A stretch of 64,000 nucleotides of DNA, from positions 96,001 to 160,000 of the forward strand of contig JAZAHK010000046.1 of NCBI GenBank assembly GCA_036231405.1. Reading direction: 5' to 3'. This document shows positions 9,632 to 19,845 of this stretch, one piece after another. The notes beneath the pieces are model-generated. The model was not told the origin of the DNA, made no database searches, and saw only the letters and a list, made by a program, of their open reading frames with translations. The DNA comes from Nitrospinota bacterium. Its GTDB lineage: Bacteria; UBA8248. Every line of letters begins with the position of its first letter. Position 1 is the stretch's first letter. The position numbers and the translations under genes are program-made.

Positions 9632-10744
9632 ATGGCATTAGATGTTGAAGCAGGGGATATACTGCCCGCGAAAGAAGCTATCGCTATAATGGATCAAGTT
9701 GACCTTGGCCCAAATATAGATGTTCCTCCTATCCCAGATGAAGCGGCTTCTGAGAGTATACCGGAAGAAGAAAAAGAGTTTTATCGTAATGAGATAAAAA
9801 AACTTAAAAAAGAAAGAAACGCACTCATTCTGACTCATAATTACGTACTTTCCGACATTCAGGAACTTTCCGATGTCGTAGGAGATTCTTTGTTTTTAGC
9901 TCAACAAGGGGCGGATTCAGATGCTGATTATCTTATAGAAGCAACCGTTTTGTTCATGAACCAAATGTTGGCGGCACTTAAAAAACCTCATCAAAAAGTC
10001 CTAGCCCCTGATTTGGGCGCTCTCTGTTCTCTTGCTGCACATGCTGACGTTTCCAAAATTCAAAAGTGGAAAGAACAGCACCCAAATGGTGTGGTAATAA
10101 GCTATGTAAATACCTACCTTGAGGTTAAAGCTGAAAGTGATTACTGCTGTGCATCTGCTAATGCAGGGAAGGTAACTATACATGTCCTTAAGAATACTAA
10201 TCCTGAACAACCAATTTTGTTTTTGCCAGACGTTTTTTTAGGATTCTATGCGGCAAAACTTTTGGAGAATGAAGGGCACTCACTTGAACGATTACATTTG
10301 ATGATGGGTGCATGCCATGTTCATGAAAGGATTCGTCCTCATCATGTTATGGAGCAACAAAGGTCGTACCCTGAAGCAATAACTGTTGTTCATCCTGAAT
10401 GTGGATGTACAAGCGCATGTATGCGACAAGTAAACGAGGGTGTTGTTCCAGAAGATTTGCTGCAATTTCGTTCTACCCAGGGAATGATAAATCTTGTTTC
10501 CGAGGTTCCACAGGATGAAGTAATTGTTGCCACGGAAGTTGGAAATTTATATCCTATGTCTAAAGCTGTGCCTGATAAGAAATTAATTCCTGCCAGTAAT
10601 GAGGCACTTTGCGCGTATATGAAACAGAATACTCTTAAGAATCTTTATGAATGTCTTAGAGATCTAAAGTACGAGATAAATGTAGATTCAGAATTAGCAA
10701 AACGCGCTAGAGTTCCTATAGAACGTATGTTAGAAATCGTTTAA
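9632..10744 (+). CDS. nadA: Quinolinate synthase
   Basis: THNY, GDSL, CSLA, YVNT, CHVH, HPEC, CAYMK (three Fe-S Cys); start at ATG 9632 with SD GGAG. Confidence 0.92.
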   Translation: MALDVEAGDILPAKEAIAIMDQVDLGPNIDVPPIPDEAASESIPEEEKEFYRNEIKKLKKERNALILTHNYVLSDIQELSDVVGDSLFLAQQGADSDADYLIEATVLFMNQMLAALKKPHQKVLAPDLGALCSLAAHADVSKIQKWKEQHPNGVVISYVNTYLEVKAESDYCCASANAGKVTIHVLKNTNPEQPILFLPDVFLGFYAAKLLENEGHSLERLHLMMGACHVHERIRPHHVMEQQRSYPEAITVVHPECGCTSACMRQVNEGVVPEDLLQFRSTQGMINLVSEVPQDEVIVATEVGNLYPMSKAVPDKKLIPASNEALCAYMKQNTLKNLYECLRDLKYEINVDSELAKRARVPIERMLEIV

Positions 10745-10763
10745 TTCACCGAATTTATAGGGT

Positions 10764-11651
10764 ATAAAAATAAATATTCGTTCAAAGATTCGTGATTGGC
10801 TTCTAGAAGACTTTGGAGAGGCTCAGTTGCATTTTGAAATTAGGAGAGAACCTTGGTGTGAAGCCGAACTTCGATCGAAATCCAACGCTGTGATTTCTGG
10901 TGCAATTTTTGTTCAAGACATCTTGGATTTAACTCAAGAATTATTGGGTTTTGGTGTGTCTGATATTCCGAAAATCCAATGGTTAAAACAAGAAGGAGAT
11001 ATAGTAGAGAATGGTGATTTGCTTGCACAAATTTCTGGTTGTAGCCAAACAATTCTAAAAGCGGAACGTACAGTTCTGAATTTAATTTCCCATATGTCAG
11101 AAATTGCTACTCATACAAAAAATGTGCTTTCATCTATACAGGATTATCCTGAAACATTTAAGGGAATTCTTGACACTAGGAAGAACAGACCTGGATTACG
11201 TTATTTCGAAAAATATGCTGTTAGAACCGGTGGAGGAAAAAACCATCGTCTCGGTTTTTTTGATGGGGATATGATAAAGGATAATGATATAGTCGCTGCT
11301 GGTTCAATCTCCGCTGCGATAGATAGACAATATGATTTGCGATATATGACTGATATTCAGATTGAAGTACAATCTTTCGAACAACTTGATGAAGTGTTGG
11401 AAGATGGTCGTGTCCATATGCTTCTTCTTGACAATATGAATCTAAAGAACCTAAAGGATGCTGTTGCTCGCATTCGGAAAGTTGGGGATGCGTCTGTTAC
11501 CAAAAAAACATATATACTTGAAGCTTCAGGAATTGGTGACACGAGTATTTTAGATGTTGCTTTGACTGGAGTAGATTACATTTCGACGAGCAATCTAGTT
11601 CGTTCTGCTCCTCCTCTCGATTTTAGCCTGAAAATAGTTCGATTAACATAA
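10764..11651 (+). CDS. nadC: Nicotinate-nucleotide diphosphorylase (carboxylating); start uncertain, probably ATA/ATT
   Basis: ERTVLN, DTRK, EKYAV..GGG.NHR, MIKDN, LLDNM, EASG; the frame extends upstream of TTG 10827 through IRDWLLEDFG to a TAG at 10758. Confidence 0.88.
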   Translation: MKINIRSKIRDWLLEDFGEAQLHFEIRREPWCEAELRSKSNAVISGAIFVQDILDLTQELLGFGVSDIPKIQWLKQEGDIVENGDLLAQISGCSQTILKAERTVLNLISHMSEIATHTKNVLSSIQDYPETFKGILDTRKNRPGLRYFEKYAVRTGGGKNHRLGFFDGDMIKDNDIVAAGSISAAIDRQYDLRYMTDIQIEVQSFEQLDEVLEDGRVHMLLLDNMNLKNLKDAVARIRKVGDASVTKKTYILEASGIGDTSILDVALTGVDYISTSNLVRSAPPLDFSLKIVRLT

Positions 11652-11847
11652 AGAAAATTCAGTCAACCTATAAGTAAAGATTCTTTTAGGAATTCAAACC
11701 ACAAAATTATATTAGTTAACAAAAAATCACCAGTTGTTTAATTTTGTATTCATTAATTGAAAAAAATAAGTTCTATGTCTAATATCGACATATAAAAAAT
11801 TTGCCAGGATTATATTAAATTTTGTTAATACAAATAGGAGAAATACA

Positions 11848-13056
11848 ATGGGTGATTGGGGTTTAATGGGGGTAGATTGGGAACAGAGAATTGATTACGA
11901 TCGTCTACGTAAAGAACGTTTGCAAAAGGCAAAAGATGCTCTTGAAGCCTCTGAAGCAGATGTTTTATTTGTGTTCCGTACGGAAGATTGTAGATATTTA
12001 ACTGGGTTTCGATCACACCTGCATCCTACTGCATCTTTAGGGATGGCGGCATGTGTCCTTGCCAAAGGTGGCGATCCTTACCTTTTTAGTATGGATAATG
12101 ATCATGCCCATCTTAGAATGAAGTGGCTTGATGAAGAACAAATTCAACCTCGTGCAAACCTACGTGATATTTCCGCAGTAAAAGAGTGGGCAGAAAGAGT
12201 AAAAGGATTGATTGGAGATAATCTTGATGGAAAGACAATTGGAGTTGACCTATGGTCTCCTTCTATTGAAGAAAGACTTCGTGAGGCATTCCCAAAATCT
12301 AACTTCATAGATGGTTATGAGGTTTTAATGAAGGCAAAGATTACTAAAACCGTAGACGAGATATCTTGTTTAAAAGCAGCTACCTTCATAACAGAAGCAG
12401 CATTCGAAGATGGAATTGACTACTTGAGACCCGGAGTACGTGAATGTGAAGTCCTTGCTGTTATGTGGCATAGGATGACAGCATTAGGTAGTGAATGGAC
12501 ACAATGTGCGAATATAATTTGTTCTGGTCCCTATACGGCTCCATATAGAAGATTGACTTCAGATCGTATTATTCGAAAAGGTGATATGGTCATTATTGAT
12601 GTAGGTGGATGTTTTAACGGTTATTGGGGAGATTTCACTAGAACTTGGGTGTGTGGAGATATCATGCCAACAGAGGAACAAATAGATCTTCATATGAAAT
12701 GTTACAATGCGGTTTGGGATTCGTGTGCTGCATCAAAAGTTGGAAATACTACCCTAGATGTTTATCAGGCTGCAGAGCCTTATGTCCTTGATAGTCTTGG
12801 ACACGGCTCTGGAACGAATCCTTGGGAACTTCCTTATTTTAGTCCCGCTGCATATGAAGATCCAATGCCGCTTGAAGTAGGCATGACTTATAATCTAGAA
12901 CCATATGCGGGGAAACCAGGTATTGGCGGATTTAGATTAGAAAATAATTTGGTTGTTACAGAAGGGGACCCTGACGTCTACACCCCTTATCCATATGATG
13001 AAAGATTAGTAACGGACGTACATCCACTAGATACAACTACTGGAAGGACTAGATAA
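11848..13056 (+). CDS. M24B (Xaa-Pro peptidase/creatinase/DddP-like) metalloenzyme
   Basis: Pita-bread ligands in IIDVG...GDFTRT, GHGSG, NLEP, RLENN; SD AGGAG. Confidence 0.85.
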   Translation: MGDWGLMGVDWEQRIDYDRLRKERLQKAKDALEASEADVLFVFRTEDCRYLTGFRSHLHPTASLGMAACVLAKGGDPYLFSMDNDHAHLRMKWLDEEQIQPRANLRDISAVKEWAERVKGLIGDNLDGKTIGVDLWSPSIEERLREAFPKSNFIDGYEVLMKAKITKTVDEISCLKAATFITEAAFEDGIDYLRPGVRECEVLAVMWHRMTALGSEWTQCANIICSGPYTAPYRRLTSDRIIRKGDMVIIDVGGCFNGYWGDFTRTWVCGDIMPTEEQIDLHMKCYNAVWDSCAASKVGNTTLDVYQAAEPYVLDSLGHGSGTNPWELPYFSPAAYEDPMPLEVGMTYNLEPYAGKPGIGGFRLENNLVVTEGDPDVYTPYPYDERLVTDVHPLDTTTGRTR

Positions 13057-13072
13057 ATTTAGAGGATAATAA

Positions 13073-13921
13073 ATGGAGAGTTCGAATAATCCTGAAATAG
13101 TTTCTACTAAGTGGTTGAATGACAACTTAACTAATCTGAACCTTAAAATTGTTCAAGTTTCATTTGCGAATGACGACAAACAATTTCAAAAGGAACATAT
13201 CCCAGGTTCGGTTTGGTGGTATTGGAAATCCGTTCTTTGGCATGAAACAGATAGGATTTTCCCATCACCAGAAGACTTAGCAAAGCGTCTGGGCGCTTTT
13301 GGTATTGATTCTAAAACGACTGTAGTTTTGTATGGTGACCCAGTTCAATTTGGGACTTACGCATTCTGGGTTTTGAGAATCTGCGGGCATCAAAAGGTTT
13401 GTATTCTCAATGGTGGATTCAAAAAGTGGAAAACTGAGGGGAGACCTCTTGCGGAGGAACAATCTGAATGTGACGAGATAAATAATTGCACTTTTGACGA
13501 ATTGAGTCCTTTTTTCGTTGGCAGAGAAAATGTTTTGCAAAATCTAAATACTCCAAACCGTTTATTGTTAGATGTAAGATCGCCTGAAGAATACAATGGG
13601 GAACGGGTCATGCCACCACCTGGATTTGATCATGGCGCAGAGAGGACCGGTCGAATTCCCGGAGCAACCCATCTCTTTTATGGAGAACTTATCAATGAGG
13701 ATGGTAGTTTTAAAGAAAGCGATGAATTACGAAATATTATAGAACCGATATGCGGTTCATCCAACGACGATAAAGAGGTAGTTATTTATTGCAGACTGAG
13801 TCACAGAGCAACATTGGTTTGGTTTAGTATGGTATTTATTTTAGGATACTCTAATGTTCTGGTTTATGATGGTTCCTGGACAGAATGGGGAAGTATAGTA
13901 GGTTTTCCCATAGAGAAATAA
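13073..13921 (+). CDS. Tandem-domain rhodanese sulfurtransferase
   Basis: HIPGS, LNGG..KW, LLDVRSPEEY.G, GRIPGA, active loop CRLSHR, YDGSWTEWG. Confidence 0.92.
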   Translation: MESSNNPEIVSTKWLNDNLTNLNLKIVQVSFANDDKQFQKEHIPGSVWWYWKSVLWHETDRIFPSPEDLAKRLGAFGIDSKTTVVLYGDPVQFGTYAFWVLRICGHQKVCILNGGFKKWKTEGRPLAEEQSECDEINNCTFDELSPFFVGRENVLQNLNTPNRLLLDVRSPEEYNGERVMPPPGFDHGAERTGRIPGATHLFYGELINEDGSFKESDELRNIIEPICGSSNDDKEVVIYCRLSHRATLVWFSMVFILGYSNVLVYDGSWTEWGSIVGFPIEK

Positions 13922-13958
13922 TCTGTCTAATACCGTAATTTAGTGGACTGTGATTTTA

Positions 13959-14930
13959 TTAGGCAATCTGATTTTTCGGTTTTCTTTTCATGAGGACTCT
14001 TTTCACTTCTTCTGCTGCTTTTTGACGTAGCTCCTTTTGTGCGTTTGTGCTGTACCAAGCGCTGTGCGGCGTGATTATACAATTATCTAGCGTAAGTAGT
14101 TTATTCGTTTTTTTAGGTGGTTCCTCTGTAAGAACATCGAGTGCTGCTGCTCGAATTTCCCTTTTTTTGAGTGAACTATACAAATCCCTTTCGTTGATTA
14201 ACTCCCCTCTTGCAACATTAATTAAGATCGCATTTTTTTTCATCAGTGATAGAGTTTTTCCTTGGATAATCTCTTTCGTTTTTTTTGTATACGGTGCATG
14301 TAATGAAAGATAATCTGATTTTTTCAGTAATTGTTGCAAAGTGAGTTTTTGTGCGTTTAGCTTTTTGAAAATAGAATCATTTGCAAATGGATCGAAGGCG
14401 ACTAACTTCATCCCAAAAGCCGTAGCTTTTTTTGCGAGAGCAGCGCCTATTCTTCCAATTCCAAGAATACCGAGAATGGAACTTTTTAAAGGATAAATCG
14501 GTCTAAGATTTGCGATACCCCAATTGCCAGTTGAGACTTCTGCCTTTGCAGTATGAAGTTTTCTTGCGAAATGGAGAATAAAAGACATAGCGTGGTCTGA
14601 CACCTCATCTATGCAGTAATCTGGAACATAAGTGACTACAATTCCTTTTTTTTTGGCGGATATTTTGTCAATATTGTCAGTTCCAACGCCAGCTCTAGAA
14701 ATAATTTTGCAGTTGCTTAAAGAATCTATGACTGGTCTTGTTAAGTCGCATATGGAACCCACTATAATAGCGTCAGCGACCTTGCACAATTTGATAAGTT
14801 CTCTATCATTTTTTCCTATTCCTTCGATTATTTTACAACCTATTGGACTAAGAATTTCATCTTCTATAGTTAGTGCTCCAAATCGAGCTCCTACCACAGC
14901 GACTTGAAATTTAGGTAATTTTTTTTTCAA
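13959..14930 (-). CDS. D-isomer-specific 2-hydroxyacid dehydrogenase (CtBP/SerA-like)
   Basis: GVGTDNID, VPDYCIDEV, GIGRIG, INVARG, ALDV, TPHSAWYS; start placed at TTG 14930 behind SD GAGGGG. Confidence 0.9.
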   Translation of the reverse strand: MKKKLPKFQVAVVGARFGALTIEDEILSPIGCKIIEGIGKNDRELIKLCKVADAIIVGSICDLTRPVIDSLSNCKIISRAGVGTDNIDKISAKKKGIVVTYVPDYCIDEVSDHAMSFILHFARKLHTAKAEVSTGNWGIANLRPIYPLKSSILGILGIGRIGAALAKKATAFGMKLVAFDPFANDSIFKKLNAQKLTLQQLLKKSDYLSLHAPYTKKTKEIIQGKTLSLMKKNAILINVARGELINERDLYSSLKKREIRAAALDVLTEEPPKKTNKLLTLDNCIITPHSAWYSTNAQKELRQKAAEEVKRVLMKRKPKNQIA

Positions 14931-15008
14931 GATAATCCCCTCATCAAAAAAAACGTGATTCAAAAAGAATCACGTTTTCAAGAAACTCGTTTTTTATATG
15001 TTAGAGCT

Positions 15009-15320
15009 TTATCTTAACTTATTTTCCGGTCTTCTGGGTGGGTCATTTGCAGGTCTTGGCTCTACCGGATCATTACCACTAAATTCAGGAGAAAGATCAG
15101 CATTTATCTTTGTCCATTCAGGGTCATCGTCCTCTGTCTCTAGAATGGCGTCGATTGGACATTCTGGAAGACATACCCCACAATCTATACATTCCTCCGG
15201 ATCAATAATCATGAAAACCTGGTCTTGATAATCTCCGGGATGAATGCAATCTACAGGGCATACATCTACGCAGGTCGCATAGCGCTCCCCAAGGCATTTT
15301 TCGGCTATAACAAAAGTCAT
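15009..15320 (-). CDS. Dicluster (7Fe-type) ferredoxin
   Basis: C-x7-CVDVCPVDCIH and CIDCGVCLPECP; SD AAGGAG; Pro-rich C-terminal tail. Confidence 0.92.
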   Translation of the reverse strand: MTFVIAEKCLGERYATCVDVCPVDCIHPGDYQDQVFMIIDPEECIDCGVCLPECPIDAILETEDDDPEWTKINADLSPEFSGNDPVEPRPANDPPRRPENKLR

Positions 15321-15444
15321 GTATCATCTCCTTGAAAATCATTTGGCTATTTTGCATAAAGACACTAAAAACTACGAAGTTGATGCTAACAGAGCGTTTA
15401 ATCTTAAATCAAGGGCTTTTTTTGTTTTTTTAAGTTTTTTAGCT

Positions 15445-16332
15445 TTAATAAAGATCAACGATCTGTAAAGGGTTTTCTTGAACCATCAAACGTATTTCGC
15501 TACTTTTTAAACCAATCTTAAGCATAGAAGCAATAAACATACGTAACATTTCAGGAGGAGGAGGGTTCCAGTCTAACTGAGCGTCTGTTGTCATGAGGCA
15601 TCTATAGGCACCAATTTTTTTTGCCGTTTTTGCAACTAAGTTTGGATCGAGTCCCTGCCACATTGGGAACGCAGAAATCCATGTAAATTCGATGAAATAA
15701 CCTAAATTTGCCACCTCTAATAATTGTTCTTCAGTAGCATTTACGATAGAGATAATCGGATGAGTGAAAATAAATTTTTTCAATCCAATTTTCTTTGCTC
15801 TGTGAGCCAAGGCCACTCCTTCTTCTGCAGATAAATGTCCAGTAGCTATTGCCACATTTGCATCTCGTGCAATTTCTATAACGAGGTCAACTTCTTTGGT
15901 TATTTCATGGTCTTTACCGAAAATGCTCAGATTGTTTTTTGGTGGAGGTTGTTTATAGGCATTTTGAATCTGTGCGCTGTATGCCCCTACCTTGACATCA
16001 TTTTTTGATGTATAAGTTGGCATCCATATTATTTTCGCTCCAAGTCGGGTGGCACTTTCTGCAGCAAATGGGGAAATTCCTCCAACATTGGAGTTGAGAA
16101 CTATTGCTCCCATTGCATTAAAATTTTTGTAAACTTGATTAATCAAACTTGCCTGTGCCATCGTGGGCCAGAGATGGCTTTTCATCACGAAGCCCCGCAT
16201 TCCAGCTTGCATAGCAAGTTCTGCCCATTCGTGATCTCTCACTCTTCCTGGTTCTTCTAAAAAAACTTGAGGAAAAATATGGGCATGAAGATCTATTGAA
16301 CCTTCTAATAATTCATCAGCTTCTGTTCTCAT
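15445..16332 (-). CDS. Amidohydrolase-fold metalloprotein (DUF6282-like)
   Basis: IDLHAH, MKSH, WMPT, ATGHLS, FTHP, TTD motifs. Confidence 0.7.
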   Translation of the reverse strand: MRTEADELLEGSIDLHAHIFPQVFLEEPGRVRDHEWAELAMQAGMRGFVMKSHLWPTMAQASLINQVYKNFNAMGAIVLNSNVGGISPFAAESATRLGAKIIWMPTYTSKNDVKVGAYSAQIQNAYKQPPPKNNLSIFGKDHEITKEVDLVIEIARDANVAIATGHLSAEEGVALAHRAKKIGLKKFIFTHPIISIVNATEEQLLEVANLGYFIEFTWISAFPMWQGLDPNLVAKTAKKIGAYRCLMTTDAQLDWNPPPPEMLRMFIASMLKIGLKSSEIRLMVQENPLQIVDLY

Positions 16333-16445
16333 TTATATTCCTTTACAAAAATTATTGCCTATAATAATGCGTCATGGTTTTTTTTTGAGCAAGTATATAA
16401 AATGAATTTAGATTATTAACTTCACAATTTTTAGAGGTATTTTTC

Positions 16446-17570
16446 TTGAGTAATGAAATAGGTACTCCTGTCCGTAATCTGCAAACCCCTGTGTTGTTGA
16501 TAGACCTTGATGTAATGGAAAGAAATCTTGAAAAAATGTCTTCGTTTTTTCGTGATTCCTCTGTGAACTTAAGGCCTCATTCGAAAACACATAAAAGTCC
16601 GATAATTGCAAAAAAACAGATAGAACTTGGCGCAAATGGAATTTGTTGTCAAAAAGTAAGTGAAGCAGAGATCATGGTTCAAGGAGGTATTGAGGATATT
16701 CTTTTAAGTAGCGAAATTGTATCTCCTGAAAAACTCGAACGTGTTTCTTCTTTGATTAAAAATTCTGATGTGATGTTAGTTGTAGATCATATAGAAGGCG
16801 CAGAACTATTATCGAAAATTATGGAAAAGAATCAAACTGAAATTGGAGTCCTTGTTGATATAGATGTTGGGCAGGGACGTTGTGGTGTTAGGACCGTTGG
16901 CGAAGCCGTAGTTCTTGCAAAAAAAATTGACACATTACCTTGGATACACTTGTGTGGATTCCAGGCCTATAATGGGAAAGCACAACATATTGAAGGTTTT
17001 AATGAAAGGGGGAAGCAGTATTCTAATTCCATGGATCTGATTCAAGAGAGCATTTTTGAATTTGATAGAAATGGGTTGAATTCGGAAGTCAAAACTGGAG
17101 GAGGAACAGGGACCTGGAATTGGGATTTAGGGGCTAATTTATTAAATGAGGTGCAAGCAGGAAGTTATTTGTTTATGGATTCGCATTACACAAGTATTGG
17201 CAGTAGGGAGGGAGACCTCTATGAAGATTTTGAGGCGAGTCTTTTTGTACTGGCAACTATAATTAGTTTTCCTGAAGATGAGAAATTTATTGTGGATGCA
17301 GGACATAAAAGCCTTTCGTCAGATAGCGGGTTCGCCTCTTGTCATGACTATCTTGAAGCAATCTATATTTCAGCCAGCGACGAACATGGAATAATTTCAA
17401 TGGATTCCTCGAACGAATTTCCAAAGTTGGGAGATCCTCTTCTTTTCCAGCCAAGTCATTGTGATACTACGGTCAATCTTTTTGATTGTTTTCATGGAAT
17501 AAGAGGCGGTATGGATAAAGGGTTCCTAGAGGTTAAATGGCCAATATCTGCAAGAGGAATGGTACAATAA
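16446..17570 (+). CDS. DSD1-family PLP enzyme (D-threonine aldolase / 3-hydroxy-D-aspartate aldolase-like)
   Basis: TPVLLID, RPHSKTHK (PLP Lys), GGGTGT, EVQAGSYLFMD, SDEHG, PSHCDTTVNL. Confidence 0.9.
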   Translation: MSNEIGTPVRNLQTPVLLIDLDVMERNLEKMSSFFRDSSVNLRPHSKTHKSPIIAKKQIELGANGICCQKVSEAEIMVQGGIEDILLSSEIVSPEKLERVSSLIKNSDVMLVVDHIEGAELLSKIMEKNQTEIGVLVDIDVGQGRCGVRTVGEAVVLAKKIDTLPWIHLCGFQAYNGKAQHIEGFNERGKQYSNSMDLIQESIFEFDRNGLNSEVKTGGGTGTWNWDLGANLLNEVQAGSYLFMDSHYTSIGSREGDLYEDFEASLFVLATIISFPEDEKFIVDAGHKSLSSDSGFASCHDYLEAIYISASDEHGIISMDSSNEFPKLGDPLLFQPSHCDTTVNLFDCFHGIRGGMDKGFLEVKWPISARGMVQ

Positions 17571-17577
17571 TGCCCCT

Positions 17578-18000
17578 CTAAGGTAGCAACGTTATCCCAG
17601 CAAAAGCGGTAATTAACGCTATGAAAATACCAGCAAATGCGCAAAATCTGTGAAGTTCCCTTATCTTTTCGTTTGTTTTTTCTCTTATTTTTCGGCCTAA
17701 ATATGCGGTGGAGTACAAGAAAATCAGCGTAAGTGTTCCGAAGAAGCTGTGAAAGGATTCGTATAGAGGTTTTCCCAGAACAAATTTCATCTCGATTAGA
17801 CCTAGAAGATATCCGATGGTGAATATTGTAATAAATATCTTAGCAAAACGAATATGCCGATCAATCATGTCTTTTGCAGGGTTATTTAACTCCAGAAGTC
17901 TGTTTCTTCGTATCTTAAGCCCAAGTTTGAGAACATAGAGACCTAAGACTAAGGTTGTGATCTGAATTGCTGGATGAAAATAAACTGTAATCCATAACAT
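17578..18000 (-). CDS. Four-TM membrane protein with conserved His (DUF4079/cytochrome b561-like)
   Basis: Four hydrophobic helices each carrying a His (FHP, RHI, SFHS, LHR). Confidence 0.6.
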   Translation of the reverse strand: MLWITVYFHPAIQITTLVLGLYVLKLGLKIRRNRLLELNNPAKDMIDRHIRFAKIFITIFTIGYLLGLIEMKFVLGKPLYESFHSFFGTLTLIFLYSTAYLGRKIREKTNEKIRELHRFCAFAGIFIALITAFAGITLLP

Positions 18001-18098
18001 TTAACTAGATTCCTTAATTAATATTAATGCATTCTAATGTATAATTATAAAAGACTGAAAAAGTAAATCCATCACAATTTTTTTTTGGAGGGAGTCTT

Positions 18099-18893
18099 GT
18101 GCATCTGGAAGATATTCAAAGTTTAGTAAGGGGTTGTTCTGTTTTTGACTTAGGTGTGGAAATGTTTCCTGGGATGCCGCATGTTCCGCTCCATGCGCCA
18201 TACTCATGTTCTCTAATTCGAGAGCACGGTGATGCAATGTATGAAGACGGTGCTTGTGTTGCAGTGGATGTCTTTTTTTGTAGCGGACATACTGGTACTC
18301 ATATTGATGCAATTTGCCATATTTCTAAAGATATGATGCTTCATAATGGAGTTCATGCATCAAAAGTCCAAAGTAAAGTAAATGGATTTTCAGAATATGG
18401 GATTGAGACAGTTGCTCCTATTTGCCGAAGAGGGGTTATGATTGACGTTGCTAAATATTTTGACAAAGAAATTTTAGAAGCAGGAAGATCTATTTCTAAA
18501 GATGATCTTATGAGAGCAATTTCTTCTCAGGGAACTGAGATAATGCCTGGTGATGTAGTTTTAATAAGAACAGGTCATATGCAAATTTGGCCTAAAAAAG
18601 AGTTTTATATTCAAAAGGGTGGTGTCCCTGGCATAAATTTGGATGCTGCAAAATGGCTTAGTGGCCAAGGCATTGCTATGGTAGGTTCAGATAATTTTGG
18701 AGTCGAAGTTATGCCTAGTCCGTCTATCCCTGTACACTGTCACATGCTTGTAGATCAAGGAATACACTTGATTGAAATTTTAATGTTAGAAGAATTATCT
18801 CAAACAAGAACTTACGAATTTCTCTTTGTTTGCCTTCCACTTAAACTAAGGGGTGGTACTGGTTCGCCTGTACGTCCTATTGCAATTGTATGA
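18099..18893 (+). CDS. Cyclase family metal-dependent hydrolase (kynurenine formamidase-like)
   Basis: HTGTHIDA..H, GDVVLIRTG, GSDN, PVH, IE, GGTGSPVRPIA. Confidence 0.9.
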   Translation: MHLEDIQSLVRGCSVFDLGVEMFPGMPHVPLHAPYSCSLIREHGDAMYEDGACVAVDVFFCSGHTGTHIDAICHISKDMMLHNGVHASKVQSKVNGFSEYGIETVAPICRRGVMIDVAKYFDKEILEAGRSISKDDLMRAISSQGTEIMPGDVVLIRTGHMQIWPKKEFYIQKGGVPGINLDAAKWLSGQGIAMVGSDNFGVEVMPSPSIPVHCHMLVDQGIHLIEILMLEELSQTRTYEFLFVCLPLKLRGGTGSPVRPIAIV

Positions 18894-18910
18894 AATTCTG
18901 TTTTTTACAT

Positions 18911-19759
18911 TCAGGATTGAGTACTTTCTTGCTTAGAAAGAATAGAATCTAAAAATTTTCTTGTGACATTCAAGAATTCTTTAGGTTCGTCAATATAAAT
19001 ATGGTGATGTGATCCTAGAATAATCTCAATTTGGACATTTTTGAGATTATTTTTTGCCCAAACGACGTCTTCTTTTGAAATTCTATCAGACAATTCTCCT
19101 ATAAGAAGCAGTGCCGGAACCTTTATATTTAACCATCCTTTAGAAAGATCTAAACTTCCGCGTTTTGAATGAAAAGAACGATCTGTTTTAAGTAACCATG
19201 TTCCATTTTCCAATTGACGAACACTATGCCGCGCAATGTGTTCTATATGTTCTTGTTTTGCTTTTCCTGAAGACGGGATCATTCTAAATTTTTCTATAAA
19301 CAAATCCAGAGATTTCCAAGGAAGACTTGGTTTATTACCAAAATCATCCATTTCGCTAAGTATTCTTCGATTTATGATCAAAGGGGAATCTACGACTATC
19401 ATGCAGGTAATATTTGGGTTAGTTTTTTCCGCAAGACGAAGAGAAATTATCCCTCCCATAGAATGCGCGAGAAGGAAAGGTTTCTGATTTGTCTTCTTAT
19501 AAGACCAATCTATCCAACATTCCAGATCTTTAGCAAAATCATCATAGGAGTAGTCTTCTGCCCAGTCACTATCCCCATGTCCTCGGAGATCCATAGCTAC
19601 GGGGCGAAATTTATCTTTGAACGAAGGAGCAATAAAATCCCACCACTTTGCATGAGCAGCCGCTCCATGAACTAATAAAAGAATAGGTTTATTTTCTCCA
19701 CCGTGATCGATTCCATGTAGGCAAACCCCATCTCTCTCTAAAAAAATTTCATCTGCCAT
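18911..19759 (-). CDS. Alpha/beta hydrolase
   Basis: LVHG, DLRGHGDS, AHSMGG nucleophile elbow, C-terminal HH...P; start placed at ATG 19759. Confidence 0.88.
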   Translation of the reverse strand: MADEIFLERDGVCLHGIDHGGENKPILLLVHGAAAHAKWWDFIAPSFKDKFRPVAMDLRGHGDSDWAEDYSYDDFAKDLECWIDWSYKKTNQKPFLLAHSMGGIISLRLAEKTNPNITCMIVVDSPLIINRRILSEMDDFGNKPSLPWKSLDLFIEKFRMIPSSGKAKQEHIEHIARHSVRQLENGTWLLKTDRSFHSKRGSLDLSKGWLNIKVPALLLIGELSDRISKEDVVWAKNNLKNVQIEIILGSHHHIYIDEPKEFLNVTRKFLDSILSKQESTQS

Positions 19760-19845
19760 TACGATAATGTCCCCAAGTCTGTGATTAAAAGAACAGTAAA
19801 TTAAAAATGGAGTTCTCAATTAAAGAGATTTCACTACATTTTTCT

